Positions 32,810 to 43,429 of a stretch of 64,000 nt of DNA are shown piece after piece. The notes below the pieces were generated by a model. That model was not told where the DNA came from, ran no database searches, and worked only from the letters and a program-made list of their open reading frames with translations. The position numbers and the translations under genes are program-made. Origin of the DNA: a cyanobacterium endosymbiont of Rhopalodia gibba (GTDB taxonomy: Bacteria; Cyanobacteriota; Cyanobacteriia; Cyanobacteriales; Microcystaceae); contig CP067995.1 in NCBI GenBank assembly GCA_045159875.1, positions 2,368,001-2,432,000 on the forward strand. The letters run 5' to 3'. Every line of letters begins with the position of its first letter. Within the stretch, counting starts at the first letter, position 1.

Positions 32810-32947
32810 TGTGCCTTTTGGGCTACTCTATGCTTTATTAATGAGATTTTTAGACAAAGCATTTTTCTTTTGAGGATATACTTGATTGCTAAACATAAAC
32901 CCTTAGAATTGTAAACAAACAATTCTAACCGTTAAAGTCACACTCAG

Positions 32948-33664
32948 TTGGGGACAAGGAACAGAGGTAAGTTAAAGACCGTGAACATCGCAGAAATCAT
33001 CCAAAAAGGTGGGGTGGCTATGGGCCCGCTACTCTTCTTGTCAGTACTCGTATTAAGTACTATTATTGAGCGTTCCTGGTTCTGGGTAAGATTTCTCCTT
33101 AAAGAAGGGCAAATACTTAATCGAATCATGGATACCGCTGCTAAAAACTGGGATTTAGTTCCAAAAATTGCCAGAGAATACCGTAATCACCCTATAGGCA
33201 ACTATCTTTATAGTCCCCTGAGATTGACTAATCCTGATCCTGAAGTCTTCCATTTAGCTTTAGAATCAGCCGCCGATGATGAATTAGCTCTCATGCGTCG
33301 AGGGGATAAGGTACTAGAAGCCGTCATTGCGCTATCTCCTCTTTTGGGGTTGTTAGGTACAGTATTAGGACTCATTGGTTCTTTAAGTTCAATTCAGATT
33401 AGTGATCTTGGAACAGCCTCAACAGCCGGAGTTACCCTTGGGATTGGCGAAGCCTTAATTTCAACAGCAGTTGGTTTAATTGTGGCCATTGTTAGTTTAG
33501 TTTTTTATCGCATTTTCCAAGCCTTATGGTTCAATCAAGTGAGAGTTTTCCGTAAAACGGGCAGTGAACTGGAGGTGATTTATCGTCAACACTGGTTAGA
33601 AATAGACGATGATCGCTATCCTATAAATACCGATTCGGAGCTTTCCCAAACGGCTGACCACTAA
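32948..33664 (+). CDS. exbB: MotA/TolQ/ExbB proton channel protein (true start possibly GTG at 32981)
   Basis: [21 protein letters not shown] and [12 protein letters not shown] motifs. Confidence 0.88.
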   Translation: MGTRNRGKLKTVNIAEIIQKGGVAMGPLLFLSVLVLSTIIERSWFWVRFLLKEGQILNRIMDTAAKNWDLVPKIAREYRNHPIGNYLYSPLRLTNPDPEVFHLALESAADDELALMRRGDKVLEAVIALSPLLGLLGTVLGLIGSLSSIQISDLGTASTAGVTLGIGEALISTAVGLIVAIVSLVFYRIFQALWFNQVRVFRKTGSELEVIYRQHWLEIDDDRYPINTDSELSQTADH

Positions 33665-33669
33665 CTTCT

Positions 33670-34341
33670 TTGATCTTAGTAAAGGTACTTATGACACAGG
33701 CCACTGGACAAAAATTAAAAAGTCAGAAAAATAAACCCCATGTTCACTCGCGCCCCCTAAAATTGTGGCAAGACACCTCTCTCCAGCAGGAGGTTCGCAT
33801 TGAAATTTTGCCGATGATAGATGTAATCTTTTGCATTTTGACCTTTTTTATTTTGGGAGCTGTGGGATTATCTCGTCAGCAGGCTATGAGCCTGGATTTA
33901 CCTAAGGCTAGCACTGGAACACCGCAAATGCGAGAAATGTTAGTGGTTAGTCTCGATGATTCCGGTCAGGTGTACGTGGAAAAACAACTGGTGACGCGCA
34001 ACCAACTTTTTGATGCAATTAAAAACTATCACGAGTTTAATCCTAATGGTCTGATGGTTCTCCACGCTTCGGGAAATGCTAGTTACAACGAAGTCATTCA
34101 AGTCCTTGATATGCTCAAGCAAGTGGGGGGTGATCGTGTCGCACTAGCAACTTTACCAGGGGAGTCAGATCCCTCCAATAATTCTCTGAATCTGACTCCT
34201 TTGCCATCAAGAAATCAACTACCCAAGAATGTTCCTAGTTCCTGGCCACCAAAAGTTCCGACCAGTCTAGAGCGAGGATCGGGAGATTCCCTTGACATTC
34301 CTCTTAACCCTTCCTCCTCAAGGGGTCCCACATCTCCTTAA
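33670..34341 (+). CDS. exbD: Biopolymer transport protein ExbD/TolR with Pro/Ser-rich tail
   Basis: IEILPMIDVIFCILTFFI and LDLPKA motifs; directly follows exbB. Confidence 0.88.
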   Translation: MILVKVLMTQATGQKLKSQKNKPHVHSRPLKLWQDTSLQQEVRIEILPMIDVIFCILTFFILGAVGLSRQQAMSLDLPKASTGTPQMREMLVVSLDDSGQVYVEKQLVTRNQLFDAIKNYHEFNPNGLMVLHASGNASYNEVIQVLDMLKQVGGDRVALATLPGESDPSNNSLNLTPLPSRNQLPKNVPSSWPPKVPTSLERGSGDSLDIPLNPSSSRGPTSP

Positions 34342-34411
34342 ACTCAACTTACTAATTAACTCAAAGAAATAGTGTCCGTCAAATATCCTGTTTAAGGATG
34401 AACTCATAAGA

Positions 34412-34858
34412 CTAATCTTGTGAGTGAGCAACCTTCGTAAAAGATAATCCAGAGCGGCGATAGGCAAGTAGTTGTTCTTCTAACGCAGCAATTCGATTAT
34501 ATGCTGCCGTTAGTTGAGCTGTTAGTCGGCGAACTTGAAGATCCCTTGAGAGAATTATCTCTCCTTCAGGGGAGACCACGCTTTGGTTGTCACGGTCATC
34601 TGAAAGAATGTCCTTGTGTTTCATCACTAACTTCAAGGGTTTGTTAGTGATTGAAAGTTCAGTATTAGGACTCGGAATAAGATGAGAAACACAATCAAAA
34701 GGCTTTTGATTGATGTTAGTAGAAACTTCTGGCGGTTTTACCAAGGTGGAGATCTGTTGACTAACTTGTTCCACCATTTGATGAAGTTGATTGAATTTGT
34801 AATTAAGTTTATTAATTTGTTGCTGTAGCTCATCCATAAGAGTTCCCATAACTAACAC
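34412..34858 (-). CDS. Conserved cyanobacterial coiled-coil hypothetical protein
   Basis: C-terminal QVRRLTAQLTAAYNRIAALEEQLL and HKDIL motifs seen in cyanobacterial hypotheticals. Confidence 0.65.
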   Translation of the reverse strand: MLVMGTLMDELQQQINKLNYKFNQLHQMVEQVSQQISTLVKPPEVSTNINQKPFDCVSHLIPSPNTELSITNKPLKLVMKHKDILSDDRDNQSVVSPEGEIILSRDLQVRRLTAQLTAAYNRIAALEEQLLAYRRSGLSFTKVAHSQD

Positions 34859-35029
34859 TTAGATTTATATGTATTATCCTAGAAGTGACCAAGGAAAATC
34901 TTTACATACTCCCGATTAATTTAACGATCCGTTAACTATTCTTAGTTTAATTTAAGAGACACAATTGTCGTTTATTCGCCATAGCTTTTTATAAGTTATT
35001 CAACAGTAATTATTGATACAACATAAGTT

Positions 35030-36208
35030 ATGCCTAGTCGTCGTTCTTTTTTAATTAGTGCGGGTACCCTGGCACTAACGCAATTATTATCGGGATGCGA
35101 CAATCACTCTACTGCATTAAGAGTTTTGTTGTTACAAGGCTCGATTCCTCCCCAATTGTTAAAAGCTTTTCGTCAACAATTTTCTAAAGATCAGCCTCTT
35201 TCTTTCAAACCGACAGCTCAATTAAAAGATCTCTGGAAACAATTACAAAGTTGGCAAGAGAAAAATCGAGATCCTCAAGGTCTTAAAGATTGGTTAAGCC
35301 AACTTCCTTTAATCAACAACACTTCCCATAAGATGAGCGATTTAGTCACCTTAGGAGATGCTTGGTTAGGGAAAGCCATTCAAGATAAGTTAATTCAACC
35401 CCTGACTTTAACTGAGATAGCCAATTGGCAAAAGCTGGGTTCTCGTTGGCAAGCCCTGGTTAAACGAGATGAAGTCGGTAATTTAGATTTACAAGGACAA
35501 ATTTGGGGTGCGCCTTACCGTTGGGGAACTACATTAATTGCCTATCATAGTGATCAATTTGAAACGTTAGGATGGACTCCGACCAATTGGGGAGATTTAT
35601 GGCGAGAGGAATTGCGCCATCGCATCGCAGTTGTTGATCAACCAAGGGAAATTATTGGTTTAACTCTAAAAAAACTTGGTTATTCCTATAATAGCCCAAA
35701 TTTATCCGAGATACCCAACTTATCTTCACAACTCCAAGCTCTAAACCAACAGATAAAATATTATAGTTCTCAATACTATTTACAACCTTTGATTATTGGA
35801 GATGTTTGGCTGAGTGTAGGTTGGTCTAGTGATATTTTACCTTTGATAGCTAAAAATCGAAAAATTAAGGCTATTATCCCTCAATCAGGAACCTCTATTT
35901 GGACAGATATCTGGGTACAACCAAGAGCTAAAGAAGATAATGTTAATTTATCGACATTAACAAAACAATGGATTGATTTTTGTTGGCAAGAATCATCAAT
36001 TAATCAAATTTCTTTATTAACTGATGGCGCCTCGCCAATGATTTATACAACCCCAACAATATCTACAAAAATCCAAACAAATCCTCTCCTATTTGTTGAT
36101 AAAAATATCATGAATAATTGCGATTTTATAGAACCCCTATCCGAGCAAAATAAACAAGAATATGATAAATTTTGGCAGGAAATGAGACAACCTAAAAAAG
36201 GTCAATAA
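35030..36208 (+). CDS. Polyamine-type ABC transporter substrate-binding lipoprotein (PotD-like, Tat signal)
   Basis: SRRSFL twin-arginine signal, LSGC lipobox, PYRWGTT, GWSSD and PQSGTSIW motifs. Confidence 0.8.
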   Translation: MPSRRSFLISAGTLALTQLLSGCDNHSTALRVLLLQGSIPPQLLKAFRQQFSKDQPLSFKPTAQLKDLWKQLQSWQEKNRDPQGLKDWLSQLPLINNTSHKMSDLVTLGDAWLGKAIQDKLIQPLTLTEIANWQKLGSRWQALVKRDEVGNLDLQGQIWGAPYRWGTTLIAYHSDQFETLGWTPTNWGDLWREELRHRIAVVDQPREIIGLTLKKLGYSYNSPNLSEIPNLSSQLQALNQQIKYYSSQYYLQPLIIGDVWLSVGWSSDILPLIAKNRKIKAIIPQSGTSIWTDIWVQPRAKEDNVNLSTLTKQWIDFCWQESSINQISLLTDGASPMIYTTPTISTKIQTNPLLFVDKNIMNNCDFIEPLSEQNKQEYDKFWQEMRQPKKGQ

Positions 36209-36224
36209 TCAGGTAATAATTGAG

Positions 36225-36461
36225 ATGAAAAATGTTTTACTTCTACTTATTCAAATATATAGACGTTTGATTTCTCCTTTATTTCCTCCAAGTTGTCGTT
36301 TTCAGCCTACTTGTTCTCAATATGGCTTAGAGGCTGTTGAAAAATTTGGCGTTATCAAAGGAACTTGGATGACAATGAAAAGGATTTTACGCTGTCATCT
36401 TTTACACCCGGGAGGTTATGATCCTGTTCCTCCACGAGAAAAGGATTTAAATCGAAAATAA
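36225..36461 (+). CDS. yidD: Membrane protein insertion efficiency factor
   Basis: [18 protein letters not shown] and [15 protein letters not shown] motifs. Confidence 0.92.
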   Translation: MKNVLLLLIQIYRRLISPLFPPSCRFQPTCSQYGLEAVEKFGVIKGTWMTMKRILRCHLLHPGGYDPVPPREKDLNRK

Positions 36462-36558
36462 CATTGGTTTTTGACGAAAACCCCTGCCTAATTTTTGGAG
36501 AAGAAAAGACAGATTCGATGAACTTGACAATAGACCTTGTTGGTTTTTTAAAATTTAC

Positions 36559-37005
36559 TTACGCTTGATGACGAGAGTAATCATCTTGGAAACGAATAAT
36601 ATCATCTTCTCCTAAATATTCCCCATTTTGGACTTCAATAAGAATTAATTTAATCACTCCTGGGTTTTCTAGGCGGTGGACCGTACATTGAGGAACATAA
36701 GTGGATTGGTTAGCCACTAAAATTTCTTCTTTATCTCCACAGACAACTCTAGCAGTTCCTGAAACAATAATCCAGTGCTCGCTACGATGGTGGTGCATTT
36801 GCAAACTGAGACGGTGCCCAGGATTAACTTCAATGCGTTTAATTTTATACCCAGGCCCTTCTTCTAGGGTAGTGAATGATCCCCAAGGCCGCATTTCAGT
36901 AGCACATATACCGCTATGAGAAACAGAAAAAGGGACAGATACAAGACTATTTTTATTGTTAATAGTCTCTTTTTTATTGCTAGTAACTTGTCTTGTTTGA
37001 ACCAT
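36559..37005 (-). CDS. Stand-alone cupin, mannose-6-phosphate isomerase type II C-terminal domain (probable start 37005)
   Basis: RPWGSF, LSLQMHHHRSEHW, HRLENPG and EVQNGEYLGEDDIIRFQDDY motifs. Confidence 0.85.
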   Translation of the reverse strand: MVQTRQVTSNKKETINNKNSLVSVPFSVSHSGICATEMRPWGSFTTLEEGPGYKIKRIEVNPGHRLSLQMHHHRSEHWIIVSGTARVVCGDKEEILVANQSTYVPQCTVHRLENPGVIKLILIEVQNGEYLGEDDIIRFQDDYSRHQA

Positions 37006-37801
37006 ATTATTTATTCCTCGGAAGGTAAAAAAATAAAAATTTAATAATTTTACGACATTCGTTGAATACCGTAGCACAAATCATTCAAAATAGCAGTGAG
37101 CTTGCTGCAAATAATAAAAATAAATCTACTGAGGAAAATATGAGATCAATTTATCTAAATTCTCTATCAATGAGTTTATTTAAATATTCATAGGTAGTCA
37201 GCAATGACTTTAATAACTCTTCTCAAAAAAAAGATAAGATAAACAACGGTATTATATAGATTTAGTTTTATAAAAAATTATAGAGATAATTAAAAGTATT
37301 TTTTTTTATAGATGGTGTATAGTATTTGTGTTTTTCTACAGAATACAAAAAGCTATTTAACTTACTTGTCTAGCTATCAATTTTAAATTTTTAACTAATT
37401 TTTTTAAAATTCAATCTAATATTTTTTATTTCTATTTTATTTCTATATAATAGGTACTTTCAACCAAGTAAATATCAAAAAATAATCTAATTATTGTTGT
37501 TAATTTAATTATTTTTTTTGAAAAAATAATTAAAAATAGCTAATTTTAAATCTAAATTACTTGAATTAAATTAAGCTAAATATTTTTTTATCCCAATACT
37601 TTTAATGAGTAAAAAAAAGTTTTTTAAGGAGAAACAAACTAAAATAATTCCATTTTGTAACTTTATTTGCTAAAAATTTTATTGAGGTGTGAAGAAAGAA
37701 TTTATCTAAATATTTTATCCAGTACGATTGGTAACAATACTTTTAAAAGTAGCAAAAATATCACAGTTTTAAATTAATCGATAAACTTATTAGAGTTATT
37801 T

Positions 37802-37846
37802 ATTATCTATTATTAGAAATAATAATTATTTCTAATAATAGATAAT
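37802..37846. repeat. Perfect palindrome, 22-bp arms, 1-nt centre
   Basis: attatctattattagaaataat-a-attatttctaataatagataat. Confidence 0.9.
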
Positions 37847-39242
37847 CAAGTTATTATTACATAATACAACCTATAAATTGTTGATATTTTAATAGTTATT
37901 ATTACATCTTTTTTTCTTGATTTTTTGTATAGAAAATAACTTATTTTAGACTTTTTTCTCATTATTTTTTAATAAGAAATTTAAAAGCTTTTAAATTTAC
38001 CCCACTTTTTAGTAATAGCTGTACTATATTAATGATTATACTGTAGGCTTTTTACAAGCCTTCTTGTAAGAATATTTTGTCAAAATTATAAAAATGATGT
38101 TATCTATCACTATTTTAATTATACTTTTCTGAGGAAAGAGTTACCTGATCGATATTTCAATCTTCTAGACAAGCTCTAGTAAAACTACATAGAGTCAAAT
38201 CTATATTAAATATGTTAACCTAAATAATCGTAAAATTGTATAACAGTTTAAAAAAGATGTTCATTAGACATCAGCTTGTATAAAAAAATAAGCTAACAGA
38301 ATTAGAATAGCAAAAACTATCGAATTTTATCCGTGCCACACAAATATCTTCCAGGATAAAAAGCAAGAAAGGATAAACAAAATAAAAGTCAAATTAACTC
38401 CAGAAAAAAACTCGTGAAAACTTTTGAAAGAATTTTGAAGATCAAAAGGAATAAAAGTTAATATCAAAATTTATTTATATCCTAAATAAAAAATAAAATA
38501 GTAGCATTTTGGAGTTGAAAATTGACAAATTTTCTGAATCTATCAACTCTCTTTTTAATCAACTTAAATTTATTAATAACAATCTCTATTGTTTCTTAAG
38601 CTTTTCCCTGATTTAAATATACAATTATTTTTATAATCTAATATTTAGTCTGATTGTCCTATTGTTTTTTAGGTATAAAAAATAGTTTTTTGACACTAGC
38701 CAGTTAATTTTGACAATTTTATAAAAATATTAATACCAGTATTATTTATCCCTAAAGATTGCTCTAATTTTTTCTTTAAGCTCATATATTAAAAATAATA
38801 ATGGTTGATATTTTTGTTGCTTTTATTTTTCTTTAACTATGATAATATTTATTCTAGATAAGTTTTATAAAAACTTTAGAGCAAGAGAGAAATAAACCTA
38901 AAATAATCGTTAAAGACGAAAGAATAAATACGGTAATTATTCTTGAAAATTAGTTAGTACATACAAATTTTAAAGCAGAACTAAGATGATAAAAAAAATT
39001 GTATCTATATTTTTGAAAAAATTAAAGTTCATTATTATTCTCTAATAGAAGAGAAATGGTATCTAATAAAAACTCACAGAATGACTAAAATCATGTTTAA
39101 AGATGAATATAACTTAGCTAAAGCAGTTAAACAAAGTTTCACTTAAAAGAGTTACTATAAACTTTATTCTAATTACTTCAATATAAGGATACACAATGAT
39201 TTATATAAAAAACTTGTTTAGAGATACCTACTAAATAGCAAA

Positions 39243-39362
39243 AATTTTCTTATATAAACTTGCTACTTTTAAAGTAGCTTGACTTAAATTGCATTGTTTT
39301 AAATTTGCTCCATTGAGGTCTTCTCCTCGTAGATTCACTTTGATATAGTTTTTTTGTGATTG
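39243..39362 (-). pseudogene. Pentapeptide-repeat protein relic
   Basis: Translates to QSQKNYIKVNLRGEDLNGANLKQCNLSQATLKVASLYKKI (A[D/N]LXX periodicity); no intact start or end. Confidence 0.6.
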
Positions 39363-39477
39363 TAGTTTTTGATTAATAATTCACTCAGATTTAGTTAAAA
39401 AATAAGAGTTTTACCTGAACGAATTAGTCAAGTTTTGGAAATTTAAAGAAAAGTCTTAAAACATCGATAATTATAAA

Positions 39478-41391
39478 TTATTGATGTTTGTTTTTTGACC
39501 ATAAATTTTTTAAAGTATCTAAAGTAAAATCAAGATAAGAGCTTAGCCACCGTAAAAGATCTTGAGTACCTGCCATTTCCCAAATCCAATATAAAAGTAT
39601 TGGATTTTTTCGAGCAGCTTTTAAGGCTAATTGGCTAAACATTATCCAAGTAGTTTTATCCTTAATAAGGGTATCTGCTACCTCTGTAGGAGAATCTGCG
39701 AGGAGTCCGAAAAAAGTATTTAGTATCGCATTAATTCTTTGAGGAGGCAAGGGTTTTCCAGTGGGAACCATCATTCCTTTAGAAAATAACCATGTTACTG
39801 CAACATTACTTTGATAGGCACGAATTTCATTTAAATCTTTTGCTGTTAAACGATTATTTTTTAGTGCTACATCTAAAGAACGAGTTAAACGAGCTAAATT
39901 GCGGACTAAAGAGCCAAAACCTGTAAAAATCAAAGGAGATTGTAAAGAAGCAGCATCCCCAATTGATAAAAGTCGCTCAAAAGCTACTTGACGATCTCGT
40001 TTCCTCATAGAAAAGTGACCTGGAATATAACCAAAAGTTGGCTTTTTCCAAACTAATTTCTCTAAATCACAGCGACGATACTCCGGTAGGATATTAAAAA
40101 AGTCTTCATACATTTCCAATAAAGATCCAGGGTTTTCAGAATGTATTTCATGATAATGAAATAAATAAATTGTCAACTCATCTCCTTTTCCTGGAAATAA
40201 TTCCCAAATCAATTGTCGTCCACGGGAAATATCTCCATGGGAGTTTAATATATCTCCATATTTTGAGTTCCAAACTTTAGGAGATAATCCTTCAACAATT
40301 GCTCCTACTGTCGGACAAACACTATTGAAAGTTTGCTTGCCATTCATTTGCCAAGCAATAGGAGAAGCTGTTCCCATAGCATCAATCAATAATCTCCCTC
40401 TCACTTTTCGAGAAGTTTTATGATCTAAGTTGACTAACTGTATCGTTACTCCATCATGGTCAATGTCAGCACGAATAAATTCTGTTTTATCTAAGATTTT
40501 TCCCCCTAATTTAAGTAACTTTTTTCCACATAAATTCAAAAACTTAGTGGTATCAATAGCAATATTTAAAACTGTGGGAGTATTTAAAACCTTTGCTTTA
40601 AGATGGGGAGGATTATTGCCATCAAAAAATTTGCTAAATCCATCAACATATTCTCTGACAATAATACTTTCAAATTCTTCTGGAGTGAATAATCCTAAAT
40701 CAATTAAAGTTTGAAATTCAGAACGGGAAATGTTCCATTCTCGGTTCATCCATCCAAAAGCTAATCGTTCTACTACTAACACTTGATAGCCTAATTGTGC
40801 CATCATCGCTGCGTGAATTGCGCCTAAAGCACCACCAACATAAATAATGTCGTAAGCCATCATAGTTTCTTTGGAGGATTCTTGACAGTCAAATATGACC
40901 TGCTTGGGTTTTTGTGAGCTTCGTACCCCTTCACGCCAGCGTTTTTCCCACCAATACACCCTTTGTAAATCTATTTCCCCTTGGGGCATTTTTCGGAAAA
41001 AATGAACGGTTTGGGGATAATTATCTTCTAAGGACTCAAAGATTGAAGTTGCTGATAAATCGAGATCACAAATTTGGGGATATTGAGGGGGAAAAACCTG
41101 TCGAATGTCCTTGGTTAATTGATGGCGAATATTTCCCTCTGAAGGAAATGGCTTGTTCCCCCAACGAAACATTTTAAGATAAGTAGTTCGTTGAACTGAC
41201 CAAAGAAAAATTGATAACTCTGTCTCGGAAATGGTAAGTCTAGTTGATACAGAATTAGAGATCACTTGTAACCGAATACCTTGGGGGGTAATCACCTTTT
41301 GTCCTACCTGGGGAGTCCATTTATCTTTCAACCAGTTAGAGACAATATCTATATGGGGTGTTGGAACTTCTAAGTAAAGGATTTCTTGCAT
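39478..41391 (-). CDS. cruA: Flavin-dependent oxidoreductase, CruA-type lycopene cyclase
   Basis: MQEILYLEVPTP N-terminus, YDIIYVGGALG, NREWNISR, VCPTVG and GDAASLQSPLIFTGFGS motifs. Confidence 0.7.
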   Translation of the reverse strand: MQEILYLEVPTPHIDIVSNWLKDKWTPQVGQKVITPQGIRLQVISNSVSTRLTISETELSIFLWSVQRTTYLKMFRWGNKPFPSEGNIRHQLTKDIRQVFPPQYPQICDLDLSATSIFESLEDNYPQTVHFFRKMPQGEIDLQRVYWWEKRWREGVRSSQKPKQVIFDCQESSKETMMAYDIIYVGGALGAIHAAMMAQLGYQVLVVERLAFGWMNREWNISRSEFQTLIDLGLFTPEEFESIIVREYVDGFSKFFDGNNPPHLKAKVLNTPTVLNIAIDTTKFLNLCGKKLLKLGGKILDKTEFIRADIDHDGVTIQLVNLDHKTSRKVRGRLLIDAMGTASPIAWQMNGKQTFNSVCPTVGAIVEGLSPKVWNSKYGDILNSHGDISRGRQLIWELFPGKGDELTIYLFHYHEIHSENPGSLLEMYEDFFNILPEYRRCDLEKLVWKKPTFGYIPGHFSMRKRDRQVAFERLLSIGDAASLQSPLIFTGFGSLVRNLARLTRSLDVALKNNRLTAKDLNEIRAYQSNVAVTWLFSKGMMVPTGKPLPPQRINAILNTFFGLLADSPTEVADTLIKDKTTWIMFSQLALKAARKNPILLYWIWEMAGTQDLLRWLSSYLDFTLDTLKNLWSKNKHQ

Positions 41392-41486
41392 CTCAAAATT
41401 GTTAGAAAAAAACTTAAGAAAAAATACATAATTTATTCTTGTCGAAAAAAACTAAACTTAGGCTCTGCTGTAGAGTGACAAATACT

Positions 41487-41514
41487 TTTATAAAACTTTA
41501 CAATTGTTTCATAT
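41487..41514 (+). promoter_or_regulatory. HLR1-like (RpaB) direct repeat candidate
   Basis: tttataaa-ac-tttacaat-tg-tttcatat, three 8-mers in 10-bp phase between divergent cruA and the 77-aa gene. Confidence 0.35.
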
Positions 41515-41551
41515 CATCGTCCACATTATCTAATGCCGTAGTTAAGTTGTT

Positions 41552-41785
41552 ATGCATTATCCCATCCCTGCTAGTCCTGAAGAAATCTTTGCCCTCCGCA
41601 GTCAACCTGTTGATGAAGAAATGATTGTTGTGGCGATCGCTGGTGTTATTAAACTTGCCCGTTCTCAGGGACAATCGTTAGATGAGTTAACCGCGGAAGT
41701 TTTACAAGATGATCCTATACTCGATCTCGTTCAACGCCGTTGGCTGAGTAATCTTGTAGAGCAAGCATGGCAAGTGTTACCTTGA
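41552..41785 (+). CDS. Small conserved cyanobacterial hypothetical protein
   Basis: PVDEEMIVVAIAGVI..ARSQGQSLDELTAEVL.DD..LD..QRRWLS pattern; ATG start. Confidence 0.7.
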   Translation: MHYPIPASPEEIFALRSQPVDEEMIVVAIAGVIKLARSQGQSLDELTAEVLQDDPILDLVQRRWLSNLVEQAWQVLP

Positions 41786-41809
41786 AACAAGTTAAAGGCA
41801 TGAGAGTAG

Positions 41810-43339
41810 ATGAGTAATCGTCGAGGAAAAGTTTATATAGTAGGGGCGGGAATTGGTTCTGTTGCTTATTTAACTCTCAGAGGACAACAGTTACTAAGTA
41901 ACGCCCAAGTTCTAATTTATGACGATTTAGTTGATTCTCAACTCCTCGATTTAGCTCCAGAAAATTGTCTGAAGCTAAATGTAGGGAAACGAGGAGGCTT
42001 CCCTAGCACCAATCAAAATACTATTAATCAGCTTTTGGTGACTTATTGTTTTCAAGGAAAACAGATAGTTAGGTTAAAAAGTGGCGATCCCTCAATTTTT
42101 GGTCGAGTTAACTCTGAAATTAAAGTCCTAACCCAAGCAAATTGTAATTATGAATTAGTTCCAGGGATTTCTTCGGTCTTAGCTGCTCCCTTCTTAGCTG
42201 GAATTCCTCTGACAGACAAACAGTTAAGTTGCTGTTTCACGGTTTTAACAGGTCATCAACCGGATTCACTTGACTGGGAAGCCTTAGCGAAAATAGATAC
42301 ATTAGTCATTTTGATGGCGGGAAAGACATTACCCCGAATTGTCTCTCAGTTACAAAAAAATGGGCGATCATTTTTAGAACCTGCTGCGATTATCCGTCAA
42401 GGGGGCAGTCCTCAACAAGAAGTTTGGATCTCGACGTTAGGAGATATAGTAAATCAAGTATCAGGGGTATCTTTATCTCCTGCGGTTATTGTCATTGGCG
42501 AAGTGGTTGGTCTGAGAAATGTGGACTTTTCTTACAGTCCCCTTGCAGGACAAACAGTTTTAGTTACCCGTGCGGCAGAACAATCAAGTCAGTTTAGCTT
42601 GATGTTACAACAACAAGGAGCAAGGGTAATTGAAATGCCAGCTTTAGAAATTATTCCCCCCTTGAGTTGGAAGGGTTTAGATCATGATATTGAGAAACTA
42701 TCTAGCTTTGATTGGTTGATTTTTACCTCAGCAAATGGGATTAAATTCTTTTTTCAACGGTTAGAAACTTTAGGTAAAGATGTTCGGGCATTGGCAGGGA
42801 TTAAACTAGCAGTAGTGGGAAGAAAAACGGCTTACGTACTGAAAAAATATGGATTAAAACCTGATTTTATTCCGCCTGATTTTGTAGCTGATTCCTTAGT
42901 AGAAAACTTTCCAGAATCTTTAGAGAATAAAAATATTTTATTCCCCCGTGTTGAAACAGGAGGTCGAGATTTTTTGGTTAAAAAATTAAAACAGCAAGGA
43001 GCGCAAGTCTCAGAAATAGCGACTTATCAGTCAAGATGTCCTGATAAAATTAATCATAAAGCTTGGGAAGTTTTACGACAAGGAAAAGTTAATATTATTA
43101 CTTTTAGTAGTTCTAAGACTGTTCGTAATTTTCATTATTTAATCTGTCAGCAGTTAGAGAGTGGAACACGCAAAAAAATATCATCTATTTTAGAAAAAGT
43201 GATTATCGCATCTATTGGACCTCAAACCTCTAAAACTTGTTATGAACTTTTAGGAAAAATTGACATTGAAGCCAAAGAATATACCTTAGAAGGGTTAACA
43301 AAAGCGCTAGTAGCAAAAATAGAGAATGTCCAATACTAA
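41810..43339 (+). CDS. cobA: Uroporphyrinogen-III C-methyltransferase / uroporphyrinogen-III synthase fusion (CobA-HemD)
   Basis: VYIVGAG, RLKSGDP.IFGR and VPGISS, then HemD motifs VLVTRA, WLIFTSANG, FSSSKTV and SIGPQTS. Confidence 0.93.
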   Translation: MSNRRGKVYIVGAGIGSVAYLTLRGQQLLSNAQVLIYDDLVDSQLLDLAPENCLKLNVGKRGGFPSTNQNTINQLLVTYCFQGKQIVRLKSGDPSIFGRVNSEIKVLTQANCNYELVPGISSVLAAPFLAGIPLTDKQLSCCFTVLTGHQPDSLDWEALAKIDTLVILMAGKTLPRIVSQLQKNGRSFLEPAAIIRQGGSPQQEVWISTLGDIVNQVSGVSLSPAVIVIGEVVGLRNVDFSYSPLAGQTVLVTRAAEQSSQFSLMLQQQGARVIEMPALEIIPPLSWKGLDHDIEKLSSFDWLIFTSANGIKFFFQRLETLGKDVRALAGIKLAVVGRKTAYVLKKYGLKPDFIPPDFVADSLVENFPESLENKNILFPRVETGGRDFLVKKLKQQGAQVSEIATYQSRCPDKINHKAWEVLRQGKVNIITFSSSKTVRNFHYLICQQLESGTRKKISSILEKVIIASIGPQTSKTCYELLGKIDIEAKEYTLEGLTKALVAKIENVQY

Positions 43340-43429
43340 AGAGTCAAATTAGGCTTAAATCTTCCTATAAATATTTTATATTTTTTAGGTAGATATCATT
43401 AGCTTTAAAAAAATAATTAGTATTCTTTA

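Noticed and set aside
38040..38460. Possible second IS relic in the 37-39 kb desert
   Set aside because: I could not recover any convincing transposase motif or terminal inverted repeat.
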